A stretch of DNA of 64,000 nt from an uncultured Chloroflexia bacterium. GTDB taxonomy: Bacteria > Chloroflexota > Limnocylindria > Limnocylindrales > CSP1-4. Numbering within the stretch: position 1 is the stretch's first letter; every line of letters starts with the position of its first letter. The DNA is taken from contig CAVXPZ010000004.1 in the NCBI GenBank assembly GCA_963763775.1, positions 160,001-224,000 of the forward strand. The letters run 5' to 3'. The translations under genes and the position numbers were made by a program. Positions 50,916 through 60,782 of the stretch are shown one piece after another. The notes under the pieces are model-generated. The model was not told the origin of the DNA, ran no database searches, and was given only the letters and a program-made list of their open reading frames with translations.

Positions 50916-51898
50916 GCGTCGCGACGGACACCCGGCCACCGATGGGCGCCCGGAACGTGCGGACGCTGTTCCGCGACCGCCCGATCATCCCCCTGATCGG
51001 CTTGCTGGCCGTGCTCGTCATCCTCTCGGAGCTGGTCCGACCCGGGATCATCAGCGCCGAGTGGACCGGCGTGATGATCCAGGCGGCCATCCCGCTGGCC
51101 ATCCTGGCCGGGTGCCAGACGCTCACGATGCTCACCGGCGGCATCGACCTGTCGGTCGCCGCCGTCGCGTCCATGGCCGGCTTCGTGGTCGCCACCCTGA
51201 TCCACGGCCCCGGGCTCGAGGTGGGCCTCGTCGTCGCGCTGGTGGCGGCCGTGCTCGTCGGCCTGATCAACGGCATCGGCGTGGGCGTCTTCAAGGTCCA
51301 CCCGCTGATCATGACCCTCGGCATGAGCCTGGTCGTCCTCGGTCTCGCGAACGCCTGGCAGATCCTGACGCTGCAGACCTCCACGGGCGTGGCCGACGAA
51401 CTGCGGACACTCGGGTCCGGTCGCTTCCTCGACGTGCTGCCGAACAGCCTGATCGTCTTCATCCCGGTCGCCGCGCTGATCCTCTTCGGCCTCCGCCGGA
51501 CCGGCTATGGGCGCCTGCTCTTCGCCATCGGGGACAACCCGATCGCGGCACGCCTGGCCGGAGTTCGGGCGTGGCAGGTCCTCATCGCGCTGTACGTCCT
51601 GTCGGCGATCTTCGCGGCGATCGCCGGCTTCCTCATCTCGGGGCTGACGAATGTGGCGAGCGTCACGCTCGCCGATTCGTTCGTGCTGCCATCGGTCGCG
51701 GCCGCGGTCATCGGCGGGACCTCGATCATGGGCGGCCGAGGCGGGTATGGCGGGACGATCGTCGGGGCCTTGATCCTGACCGTCCTGTCCTCGCTCCTCT
51801 CGTCCCTCGGCTATCCCGAGGCCGTCCGGCAGATCCTGTACGGGGCGATCATCGTCGCCGTCGCCGCCGCCTACACCCGGGTCACCGGCGAGACCTGA
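50912..51898 (+). CDS. Sugar ABC transporter permease (RbsC-like)
   Basis: TGGIDLS, GRLLFAIGDN, VIGGTSIMGGRG. Confidence 0.9.
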   Translation: MSVATDTRPPMGARNVRTLFRDRPIIPLIGLLAVLVILSELVRPGIISAEWTGVMIQAAIPLAILAGCQTLTMLTGGIDLSVAAVASMAGFVVATLIHGPGLEVGLVVALVAAVLVGLINGIGVGVFKVHPLIMTLGMSLVVLGLANAWQILTLQTSTGVADELRTLGSGRFLDVLPNSLIVFIPVAALILFGLRRTGYGRLLFAIGDNPIAARLAGVRAWQVLIALYVLSAIFAAIAGFLISGLTNVASVTLADSFVLPSVAAAVIGGTSIMGGRGGYGGTIVGALILTVLSSLLSSLGYPEAVRQILYGAIIVAVAAAYTRVTGET

Positions 51899-53020
51899 TG
51901 TCCCCGGACACGGTTCGCGGGCGCCTCGTCCTCGAGGACCGGGTCGCGACCGGCCGGATCGCCATCGAGGGCGGCCGGATCACCGCGGTCGAACTCGACG
52001 ACCGACCGGACGACACCGCCCCGTACCTGGCGCCGGGCTTCGTGGACGTCCACGTCCACGGCTGGGGCGGCCACGACGCGATGGGCGATGGCGCCGCGCT
52101 CGACGGGATGGCGCGATGCCTGCTGAGCCGGGGCGTGACCGCGTTCCTGCCGACGGCGGTCACGGCGCCGATCGAGACGCTCGTCGGCTTCGCCGAGCGC
52201 GTCCGCACCTGGATCCCGCGGGCGCCGATCGACGGCGCCGAGCCCCTGGGGTTCAACCTTGAAGGCCCGTTCCTCGCCCCGGCGCGCCGCGGCGCGCACG
52301 ACGCCGCCCTCCTCCAGGTCCCGGCCGACATCCCGCGCTCGGCGCTCGAGCCGCTCATCGACGGCCTGCGGCTCGATCACGATCGCGCCGGAACTGCCGG
52401 GGGCCACGGACCTCATCGCCTGGCTCCGTGAGCGCGGCGTGGCGAGCTCGGTCGGCCACTCGGCGGCGACGGTCGAGGAGGCCCGCGACGGCTACCGGGC
52501 CGGCGCCCGCTCGACGACCCACCTCTTCAACGCGATGAGCGGCATCGACCACCGGAGCCCCGGGGTCGCCGTCGCGGCCCTCCTCGACGACGAGGCCTAC
52601 GTCGAGCTGATCGCCGACGGGATCCACGTCGACCGCGCGTTGTGGCCGCTGGTCGCCCGGCTCAAGCCGGCGGACCGGTTGGTCCTCGTCAGCGACGCCG
52701 TCGCCCTCGCCGGGACCGGCGACGGCCGCGGGCGGATCGGCGGCCTGGACGTCGAGGTGGTCGGCGAGCGCGTGACGCTCTCGGGGACGACGACGCTGGC
52801 AGGCTCGGTGATCGCGCTCGACAACGCGGTCCGCCAGCTCGTGGCGAGCGGGGTGGCCCTCCCTGCCGCCGTCGCCGCCGCGAGCGCGAACCCGCTGGCA
52901 TTGCTCGGGGTGACGGACCGTGGCCGGATCGCCGTGGGCCAGCGCGCGGACCTCGTCGAGCTCGACGACGGGCTCGAGGTCCGTCGCGTCATGCGCGGCG
53001 GGGCCTGGATCCCGGGTTAG
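51898..53020 (+). CDS. nagA: N-acetylglucosamine-6-phosphate deacetylase family; frameshift near 52376
   Basis: PGFVDVHVHG, NLEGPFL, GAH, TIAPE, VGHS, THLFNAM, IADGIH, VSDA, LAGS. Confidence 0.88.
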
Positions 53021-53805
53021 CGCGGCGGCATCGCCGCCATCGTGCGCTCGATGTCCTCGATCATCCGGACGGTCGCCTCGGTCACGACCTTGAGGTAGCC
53101 CTCGCCGTACTCGACCGAGGACTCGCGCGCGTCGCCCCATGTCCCCGACTGCGACGCGCTGTGGACCGACCCCGGGGCCGAGAAGAAGAACGCGGTGTGG
53201 ACCGCGGCCGGCGCGGCGACATCGGGGAACGGCGGCATCTCGGCGTTCGCGCGCTCGAGGTCCACCAGGCCCGGATCGATCGCCATGACCGCGGAGGTCT
53301 CGGCGCGGTTGGCATGCAGCCCGGCGGTCGGGCCGAAGTACTCTCCCGCCTCCTCGGCGGTCATCCCGTCCCAGTAGTTGACCGGGAAGGCGCGCGTCCC
53401 GGCGGGCAGCCGGTCGGCGGCGTTCGCGCAGGCGTAGGCGATCGCATACGTGTTGTCGTAGTGGCCGTTGAGGAACACGATCCGCCGGAACCCGATCGAG
53501 GCCAGCGAGGCGCACAGGTCCTCGACGAGCGCCATGAACGTCGGGATCCGGATGTGGACGAGGCCCGGGAACCCGACGTGCGGGTACGACAGCCCGTAGT
53601 TGATGGGCGGGGCCACGACCGCGCCGACACGCGGCGCGACACGCCGGGCGACCTCGGTCGGCACCAGCGCGTCGGTCAGCAGCGGACCATGCGGCCCGTG
53701 CTGCTCCGTGGAGCCGGTCGGCACGATGACCGTCTGATGCTCGCGCAGGAAGGCCTCGACCTCCGGACTCGTCATCTCCCCGAGGAACACGGTCGCCGGC
53801 TTCAT
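53017..53805 (-). CDS. Creatininase/MftE-like amidohydrolase
   Basis: PTGSTEQHGPH...TD, YGLSYPH..FPG, NGHYDN, HANRAETS. Confidence 0.88.
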   Translation of the reverse strand: MKPATVFLGEMTSPEVEAFLREHQTVIVPTGSTEQHGPHGPLLTDALVPTEVARRVAPRVGAVVAPPINYGLSYPHVGFPGLVHIRIPTFMALVEDLCASLASIGFRRIVFLNGHYDNTYAIAYACANAADRLPAGTRAFPVNYWDGMTAEEAGEYFGPTAGLHANRAETSAVMAIDPGLVDLERANAEMPPFPDVAAPAAVHTAFFFSAPGSVHSASQSGTWGDARESSVEYGEGYLKVVTEATVRMIEDIERTMAAMPPR

Positions 53806-53828
53806 GGTTCGGTCCTCCTGCTCGCGCG

Positions 53829-54677
53829 TCAGGCGATGGTGGTGGCCAGTTCCCCGATCCCGTCGATCCAGACCGTCACCCGGTCCCCGGCCTGGAGGTG
53901 CCGTTCCGGGCCGAGCGGCCCGTCGAGTCGCGGCGGCGTGCCCGTGGCGATGAGGTCGCCCGGCCGCAGCGTCATGTGGCGGCTCAGATACGCGATGACG
54001 TCCGCGATCGAGGTCCGCATCTCGGTCGTGCGACCGTCCTGGACCGCGACGCCGTTGATCGTGCACCCGAGACGCAGGTCGGCCGGGTCCAGCTCGTCGG
54101 CCGTCACCACCCACGGCCCGACCGGGCAGAAGCCCGGCATCGACTTGCCGAGCAGCCACTGGTCGCCGTCGAGCCACGGGTCGCGCGACGAGACGTCGTT
54201 GATGCAGGTGTACCCGAAGACGTGCTCGAGGGCGTCGGCGGCCGACACGTTCGTGGCCGTGACCCCGATCACCACGCCGAGCTCGCATTCGGCGTCGACC
54301 TCGGCCGTGATGGTGCGATCCCAGGTGAGCGTGGCTCCGTGTCCCGCGACGGCGGTCGCGGCCTTGCCGAAGATCAGCGGCCGGGCTCGCGGGCCGGCGT
54401 CGTGCTCCCCGAGCCCGCGGTAGTTCTCGCCGACCGTGTAGATCGCCCCAGGGTCCGGGAGCGCCGGGCCGTAGGTGACCGCATCCGCGTCGAGTCCGGC
54501 ATCGGGTGGCTGCGCGTCGACCCACGCCGCGATGCGGTGGACGGCGTCCGTGCCGCGTCCGGCGATCTCGCGGACGGATGCCCCGAGGTCGGCGTCCGGC
54601 GGCAACGGCAGGCAGCGGTCGCGCTCGATGACGGCGACGACCAGCCGACCATGATCGAGGATCGTCGCGAGCCGCAT
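53829..54677 (-). CDS. Fumarylacetoacetate hydrolase family protein
   Basis: VGENY, DAECELGVVIG, GYTCINDVSSRD, GKS, PGDLIATGTP. Confidence 0.9.
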   Translation of the reverse strand: MRLATILDHGRLVVAVIERDRCLPLPPDADLGASVREIAGRGTDAVHRIAAWVDAQPPDAGLDADAVTYGPALPDPGAIYTVGENYRGLGEHDAGPRARPLIFGKAATAVAGHGATLTWDRTITAEVDAECELGVVIGVTATNVSAADALEHVFGYTCINDVSSRDPWLDGDQWLLGKSMPGFCPVGPWVVTADELDPADLRLGCTINGVAVQDGRTTEMRTSIADVIAYLSRHMTLRPGDLIATGTPPRLDGPLGPERHLQAGDRVTVWIDGIGELATTIA

Positions 54678-54680
54678 CGG

Positions 54681-55538
54681 TCAGGCCCGAGCCGTTGGGT
54701 CGGCGAGGAGCGGCGCGACCGCGGCGCGCATCACGTCGGCCATCCCGGCCACGCCGGTCCAGCGCTCGAAGGCGGTCGCGGCCTGGGCGATGAGCATCTC
54801 GGAGCCGTTCGCGGCGCGCAGGCCGAGTGCGCGAGCCGCGGCGAGCAGCGGCGTCTCGACCGGGACGTAGACGAGGTCGAAGACCGTGGCCGACGCGGGG
54901 AGCCGCTCGACGGGGATCGCCGCGCCGGGATCCAGCATCCCGACCGTGGTCGCGTTCACGGCGACGTCCGCCGTGCGGAGCGCCGCCTCGAAAGCGGGGT
55001 CGCCGAGGGCCACCGCGGTCCGGGTCCCCGCGCCGATATCGCGGAAGCGCTCCACCAGGGCCGCCGCCGACGCCGGCGTCCGGTTCGCGACCGTGACGCG
55101 CGACGCGCCGGCGCCCAGGCAGGCGAAGACGACCGCGTGGGCGGCCCCGCCGGCGCCGGCCACGACGACCTCGGCGCCGGCGAGCGAGCGGCCCATCGCG
55201 AGCTCCACGCCGGCTCGGAAGCCGGGGGCGTCGGTGTTGAACCCGACGAGCCCGCCATCCGCGGTGCGGGCGACGTTGTTGACGGCACCGATGGTCTGCG
55301 CGTCCGGTTCCACCGCGTCCACGAGACCCGCCACGATCCGCTTGTACGGCGCGGTCACCCCGAGCCCGAGCCATCCCGGGCCGCGAGCCTCGCGGACCGC
55401 GTCCTCCACGGCGTCCGGCTCCAGCTCGAGCAGGACGTAGCGGGCGTCGATCCCCGCGGCGTCGAAGGCGGCGTCCTGCATCACCTGCGAATGCCGCCGT
55501 TTGAGGGGCTTGCCGATCAGCCCGACCCGCTGGGTCAT
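54681..55538 (-). CDS. aroE: Shikimate/quinate dehydrogenase family protein
   Basis: HSQVMQ, VTAPYK, GAVNN, NTDAPG, GAGGAA, NATTVG, DLVYVP, MLIAQA. It may be a YdiB-like paralogue. Confidence 0.8.
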   Translation of the reverse strand: MTQRVGLIGKPLKRRHSQVMQDAAFDAAGIDARYVLLELEPDAVEDAVREARGPGWLGLGVTAPYKRIVAGLVDAVEPDAQTIGAVNNVARTADGGLVGFNTDAPGFRAGVELAMGRSLAGAEVVVAGAGGAAHAVVFACLGAGASRVTVANRTPASAAALVERFRDIGAGTRTAVALGDPAFEAALRTADVAVNATTVGMLDPGAAIPVERLPASATVFDLVYVPVETPLLAAARALGLRAANGSEMLIAQAATAFERWTGVAGMADVMRAAVAPLLADPTARA

Positions 55539-56579
55539 CGCCAGGGGGTCGGCGGGCGGCGGACGGGTCCCGCCGTCGCGGGGAACGTGACGTTCGGGAT
55601 GATGCGGTCGACCCACAGCTGGAGCTGGGCCGGATCGGGGGTCATCGTGTGCAGGAAGAAGTACTCGACGCCGGCGTCCACGCGCGCCTGGAGCGACGCG
55701 ATGATCTCGTCGGGCGTCCCGAACAGGTAGACCGACTCGAGGTACTCCGGCCCGCGCTCGGCGCTCATGACCTTGAGGAACGCCTCGTGCTGCTGCCGGC
55801 GCGCCTCGACCGGGTCGTCGGTCATGACCAGGTGCAGGAAGTTCTCGTGGGCGACGAGCGTGTCGGACGGGTCCTTGCCGGCCTCGCGCATCGCCGCCTG
55901 GAGCTCGTCCCAGTCCCGGGCGATGTCCGGCGGCGGGCAGGTGGGGCGCGGGATCCAGCCGTCGGCCCTGACGGTCCGGCGCTTGACCGAGTCCACGAAC
56001 TTCGGCAGGTCCGGCGACTTGGGGGACGCCAGGCTGCGAGCCGCCGCCGATCCAGAGCAGCGGACGCTGGGCGGAGCGCGGCTCGATCGAGACGTCGTCG
56101 ACCGAGTAGAACTGGCCGTGGTACGTGACGGTCTCGCCCTCGAGGAGCGGCATCATGATGTCGAGCATCTCGTCCGTGCGCTTCCCGCGCTCCGACTTCT
56201 TGACGCCGACGGCCTCGTACTCGACGTCATTCCACCCGACGCCGGCGCCCAGGATCACGCGGTCCTCGGACAGGAACTGGAGCGTCGCGAGCTCCTTGGC
56301 CAGGATGACCGGGTTGCGCAGCGGCATGATCAGGATCGACGTGCCCAGGCGCACGCGCTCCGTCGCGCCGGCGGCCACGGCGAGCGTCGTCAGCGGCTCG
56401 AGCCAGTTGACCGAGTAGAACCGCTTGCCGACCAGCAGATGGTCGGTGATGAAGAGCGAGTCGAACCCGAGCTCCTCGACGGTGCGGGCGAACTGCTTGA
56501 TCCCCCGCGCCCGTTCGGCGCCGTCACCGTCCCAGATGTACGACGGCAGGAAGACCCCGAACCGTCCGACTTCGGCCAT
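55535..56579 (-). CDS. LLM-class (luciferase-like) flavin/F420-dependent oxidoreductase; frameshift near 56030
   Basis: EELGFDSLFITDH, TERVRLGTSIL, RNPVILAKELATL, LWIGGG, ADGWIP, FGTPDEI. Confidence 0.85.
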
Positions 56580-56612
56580 GTGGCAGATCCCTCCGTTGGT
56601 GGTGCGATGGAC

Positions 56613-57392
56613 TCAGCGACCCCGGTAGACGGGGTCACGCTTCTCGAAGAAGGACGCGGCGCCCTCGAGCATGTCGTCGGTGGCGAAGACGCGTTGCGAG
56701 GCATCGGTCTCGGCCGTCAGGCCTGCGCCGATCTCCGTCTCGAGCGCCAGGTCGACGAGCCGCTTCGCCTCGCGGACCGCGACCGGGCCGCGCATCGCGA
56801 TCTCCTCGCCGATGGCGGTCGCACGGGCGACGGCCTGCCCGGCCGGCACGACCTCGTGCACGAGGCCGATGCGCTCGGCCTCCTCGGCCGAGAGCACCTT
56901 GCCGGTCAGGATCAGCTCCTTGGCCCTGGCCGGCCCCACGATGCGAGGCAGGCGCTGCGTGCCACCGGCGCCCGGCGTCACCGCCAGGCGGACCTCCGGC
57001 AGGCCGAGTCGCGCGCGCTCCGACGCGATCCGCAAGTCGCAGCAGAGGGCCAGCTCCAGACCGCCGCCGAGGGCATTGCCCTCGATGGCGGCGATGGTCG
57101 GCATCGGCAGCTCGGCGAGGCGTCGGGCCACCCTCGACTCGAGCTCGTGGCGCGCCCGGCCGGCCGGTCCGCGCTGGGCTTCGAACTCGCCGACGTGCGA
57201 GCCGGCCGAGAACGCGCGCTCGCCCTCGCCGGTGACGACCACGGCCCGAACGTCGCCCGGGTCCGCCGCCTCGAGCGTCGCGAGGGCGACCTCGAAGGAC
57301 GCGAGCAAGGCCTCGGTCACGAGGTTGAGCGGCGGGTTGTCGATCGTCAGGCGGGCGACCGCGCCGAGGTCCAGGCGGATCCGGTCACTCAC
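56613..57392 (-). CDS. Enoyl-CoA hydratase/isomerase
   Basis: AFSAGS, ALGGGLELALCCDLR, GLPEV, GGTQRL; both catalytic Glu present. Confidence 0.9.
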   Translation of the reverse strand: MSDRIRLDLGAVARLTIDNPPLNLVTEALLASFEVALATLEAADPGDVRAVVVTGEGERAFSAGSHVGEFEAQRGPAGRARHELESRVARRLAELPMPTIAAIEGNALGGGLELALCCDLRIASERARLGLPEVRLAVTPGAGGTQRLPRIVGPARAKELILTGKVLSAEEAERIGLVHEVVPAGQAVARATAIGEEIAMRGPVAVREAKRLVDLALETEIGAGLTAETDASQRVFATDDMLEGAASFFEKRDPVYRGR

Positions 57393-58960
57393 GGGGCGGC
57401 GTCCCGGCCGAAGTCGGCGGCCAGCCCCATCGGCCCGGTGGCATACAGCCGGGCGTCCATCGTCCGCAGGTCCGCGGCGACACGCGGGCGGAATCCCATC
57501 TGGCCGAGGACGTCGCGCGCGACGTCGATGCCGGGCGCCACCTCGATCAGGACCAGCCCGTCGTCCTCGAGCGCGAACACGGCTCGCTCGGTGATGTAGC
57601 GGACCTGCTGCCCGCGCTCCCGGGCGAGGCGGCCGTTGAAGGAGATCTCCTTGACCTCGGCCACGAACTTCGGCATCGAGCCCTCGCGGGCGATGCGCAC
57701 GCCGCCGTCGATCTCGAGCTCGAGGCCCTTCGCCGTGAGCGTCCCGACGAAGTTGATCTTGCGAGTCTTCGCGCTGATGTTCGGGAAGCCGCCCGGCCCG
57801 CGGACGCGGCCCTCGAACGCGTGGACGTTCACGTTGCCGTCGGCGTCCACCTCGGCGAACGACAGGCTGGCCACGTCGAGGCCGCCGCCGTCGTAGAAGT
57901 CGAACATGTACGGCTGGTCGATCATCGCCTGGTAGTTGAAGCCGGCGCCGCCCTCGTTGCCCGCGACCGGCACCCCGCCGAAGATCCCCTGCTCGACGGT
58001 CAGGACGAGCTGGTCGGTGATGCCCTCTTCCCAGGCCACGCGCCCGATGAGCTGGCTGATCCCGAAGCCCAGGTTGCAGATCGCCCCGGCCGGGAACTCG
58101 AGCAGCGACCGGCGGGCGATGATCTTTCGGACGTCGAGCGGGAGTGGCGGCTCGGGGCGGACCGGGCGACGCAGCGCCCCGGCGTAGTACGGCGAGTCCT
58201 TCGTGATGTAGGTCTGCCACTGGTCCGGGTCCACGTAGACGTGGTCGATGAGGGCTCCCGGGACCTTCACGTCGCGCATCCGCAGGCTGCCGCGCGTCGC
58301 GAGCTGGCGGACCTGGGCGATGACGATCCCTCCGCTGTTGCGCGCCGCCATCGCCATCGCGAGCATCTCGCCCTGGACCGCCTCGCCCTCCATCGTCAGG
58401 TTGCCGTCCTCGTCCGCCGTCGTGCCGCGGATGACCGCGACGTCGATCGGGAACGCGTGGAACAGCAGCCACTCGCGGCCGCGGATCGTCACGACCTCGA
58501 CGAGGTCCTCGGTCGTTCGGGCGTTCTGCTTGCCACCGGTGTGCCGCGGATCGACGTAGGTCCCCAGCCCGACCTGGGTCAGCACACCCGGCCGTCCGGC
58601 GGCGATCTCGCGCATCAGCTGCGACAGCACGCCCTGCGGGAAGGAGTACGACTCGATCTCATCGGCCTCGACGAGCGCCCCGAGCCGCGGCTCGTTGCCG
58701 ATGTTGCTGCCGATGGTCCGGCGCATGAGCCCGGAGAGCCCGAGCTGCGAGAACCCGCGGTCGGCGAAGTCGCCGATCCCGACGACGCGGACCGTCGTCA
58801 GGTCGCGCGGATGGCCCTCGGCCGCGTAGACCGCAGCCAGCTCGTCGATGAACCGCTGGGGCAGCGCGTGTCCCGCACCCGATCCGCCGATCACGACGGT
58901 GCTCCCGTCGCGAACCAGCCCGACCGCCTCCCGGACCTCGAGGACCTTTGCCTGCTTCAT
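57389..58960 (-). CDS. Acyl-CoA:acetate/3-ketoacid CoA transferase (fused, YdiF/Pct-like)
   Basis: FPQG, VGLGTYVDP, RGTTAD, NLGFGIS, TVEQG, GNVNV, GPGGF, YITERAVF. Confidence 0.9.
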   Translation of the reverse strand: MKQAKVLEVREAVGLVRDGSTVVIGGSGAGHALPQRFIDELAAVYAAEGHPRDLTTVRVVGIGDFADRGFSQLGLSGLMRRTIGSNIGNEPRLGALVEADEIESYSFPQGVLSQLMREIAAGRPGVLTQVGLGTYVDPRHTGGKQNARTTEDLVEVVTIRGREWLLFHAFPIDVAVIRGTTADEDGNLTMEGEAVQGEMLAMAMAARNSGGIVIAQVRQLATRGSLRMRDVKVPGALIDHVYVDPDQWQTYITKDSPYYAGALRRPVRPEPPLPLDVRKIIARRSLLEFPAGAICNLGFGISQLIGRVAWEEGITDQLVLTVEQGIFGGVPVAGNEGGAGFNYQAMIDQPYMFDFYDGGGLDVASLSFAEVDADGNVNVHAFEGRVRGPGGFPNISAKTRKINFVGTLTAKGLELEIDGGVRIAREGSMPKFVAEVKEISFNGRLARERGQQVRYITERAVFALEDDGLVLIEVAPGIDVARDVLGQMGFRPRVAADLRTMDARLYATGPMGLAADFGRDAAP

Positions 58961-59715
58961 GGCATGTACCCCCCGGCGTTCGGGTTGAGCGTCTGGCCCA
59001 GGTACAGGCTGGCGGCGTCGGAGAGCAGGAAGATGACCGAGTCGGCTACCTCGTCGGCGCGCCCGTAGCGCCCGAGCGGCATGTCCCGGAGGCGGCGGCG
59101 GCCCTCCTCGCTGTCGACGAGATCGGCCGTCATCTCGGTGACGGTGACACCGGGGGCCACGGCGTTGATGCGCACGCCACGCGGCCCGAACTCCCGCGCA
59201 AGGGCTCGGGTCAGGCCGATGAGCCCGGCCTTGGCCGCGCTGTACGCGGCGGTCTCCGCGATCCCCATCTGCCCGAGGCGTGACGCGACGTTCACGATCG
59301 AGCCGCTCCCCCGCTCCGCCATCGAGGGCAGGACCGCGCGGCACGTGTGGAACGCGGCGCTGAGGTCCGTCGCGATCACCTCGTCCCACTGGGCCGGCTC
59401 GGTGTCGAGGAACGGGCCGACGAGCGTCCGGCCGGCGTTGTTGACCAGGCCGTCGATCCGGCCGAAGCGTTCGATGACCGCGGTCACGAGTCCGGCCGCC
59501 GAGACGCCGTCGGCGATGTCGGCCGCGAACACCGCGCCGTCGCCACCCGCGTCGCGGACGCGTGCCAACGTGCGATCGGCCCCGTCCGCGGACTGGTGGT
59601 AGTGCACCGCGACGATCGCGCCCTCGGCCCCGGCCTTGACGGCCACCTCGGCGCCGATGCCCTTGCTGCTGCCGGTCACCAGCACGACCCGGCCGGCGAG
59701 CATCCCGGCCATCAC
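58957..59715 (-). CDS. SDR family oxidoreductase (FabG-like)
   Basis: TGSSKGIG, NNAG, YSAAK, NAVAPG. Confidence 0.9.
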   Translation of the reverse strand: MMAGMLAGRVVLVTGSSKGIGAEVAVKAGAEGAIVAVHYHQSADGADRTLARVRDAGGDGAVFAADIADGVSAAGLVTAVIERFGRIDGLVNNAGRTLVGPFLDTEPAQWDEVIATDLSAAFHTCRAVLPSMAERGSGSIVNVASRLGQMGIAETAAYSAAKAGLIGLTRALAREFGPRGVRINAVAPGVTVTEMTADLVDSEEGRRRLRDMPLGRYGRADEVADSVIFLLSDAASLYLGQTLNPNAGGYMP

Positions 59716-60782
59716 GCCGCACCCGGCGCGGCGCGTCGCTCGCCGAGCGACCCGGGCAAGGCGGTCGGCGGCGGCGGCGCGGTCGACCCGCGCATCGCCA
59801 GGGTCGTCGGCAGGACCTCCCGGCGCGGCGACCCGCCGGCCAGCTGGCGTTCGGCGAACCGGAACCCGCGGCGGCCGATCTCCTGCAGCGGCAGGCGCAC
59901 GGTGGACAAGGCCGGCGTCGCCATCGGGGCGGTCTGGATGTCGTCGAAGCCGGCGACGGACACCTCGTCCGGCACGGCGATCCCGAGGTCCGCCAGGCGC
60001 TGGAGCGCGCCGAGGGCGAGCAGGTCGTTGGCCGCGCAGACCGCCGTGAACGGCGCCGCCCCGGCGAGCAGCAGGTCGATCCCCAGGGCGCCGCCTTCAC
60101 GGTTGAAGCCGGTGCTCACGATGCGTCGCTCGTCGACTGGGATCCCGGCCTCGGCCAGCCCGCGGCGGTAGCCGTCCGCACGCTGGCGCGCGACAAAGAG
60201 CGACGTCGGGCCGGACAGGAAGGCGATGTCCCGGTGCCCCAGGCGGACCAGCTCGGCCACCATGCTCGCGACGCCCTCGGCGTTGTCGACGCCGACATCG
60301 GCCTCGCCGAACGCGTGGGGCGACAGGTGGACGACGGCCGCGCCGTAGTCGCGCATCGCGTCGAGGTGCTTGCGGATCTCCTCGTTGACCTCGGGGTCGT
60401 CGAGGCCGCTGCCCGCGAAGATCAGGGTCGCGGCGCGCATCGAGCGGAGGAGCCGCACATACGAGTTCTCGCGCTCGGCGATCCGGTCCGAGCTGCACGT
60501 CACGACCAGGTAGCCGCCGAGCGCGGCGGCGTCCTCGACGCCGCGCACGATCTCGGCGAAGTACGGGTCCGTGATGTCGTGCACGACCACGCCGACGACC
60601 GGGATGTAGCTCTTGAGGAGGCCGCGGGCGAGCGCGTTCGGGACGTAGTCCAGGGTCTGCGCCGCATCGAGCACACGAGCCCGCGTCGCGGCGCTGACCG
60701 CGTACGGCGACGACGAGACCACTCGCGAGACGGTCGCCGTGGACACCCCGGCGAGCTTGGCGACGTCGGTGATGGACGCCAT
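59712..60782 (-). CDS. LacI family transcriptional regulator
   Basis: ITDVAKLAGVSTATVSRV, NDLLALG, VSVAGFDD, LSTVRLP. Confidence 0.92.
   Translation of the reverse strand: MASITDVAKLAGVSTATVSRVVSSSPYAVSAATRARVLDAAQTLDYVPNALARGLLKSYIPVVGVVVHDITDPYFAEIVRGVEDAAALGGYLVVTCSSDRIAERENSYVRLLRSMRAATLIFAGSGLDDPEVNEEIRKHLDAMRDYGAAVVHLSPHAFGEADVGVDNAEGVASMVAELVRLGHRDIAFLSGPTSLFVARQRADGYRRGLAEAGIPVDERRIVSTGFNREGGALGIDLLLAGAAPFTAVCAANDLLALGALQRLADLGIAVPDEVSVAGFDDIQTAPMATPALSTVRLPLQEIGRRGFRFAERQLAGGSPRREVLPTTLAMRGSTAPPPPTALPGSLGERRAAPGAA

Noticed and set aside
54681-56579. Apparent LLM/shikimate dehydrogenase fusion (632 aa)
   Set aside because: A frameshift near 56030 explains it. The LLM C-terminus is ORF 55535-55996, and the dehydrogenase starts at 55538.
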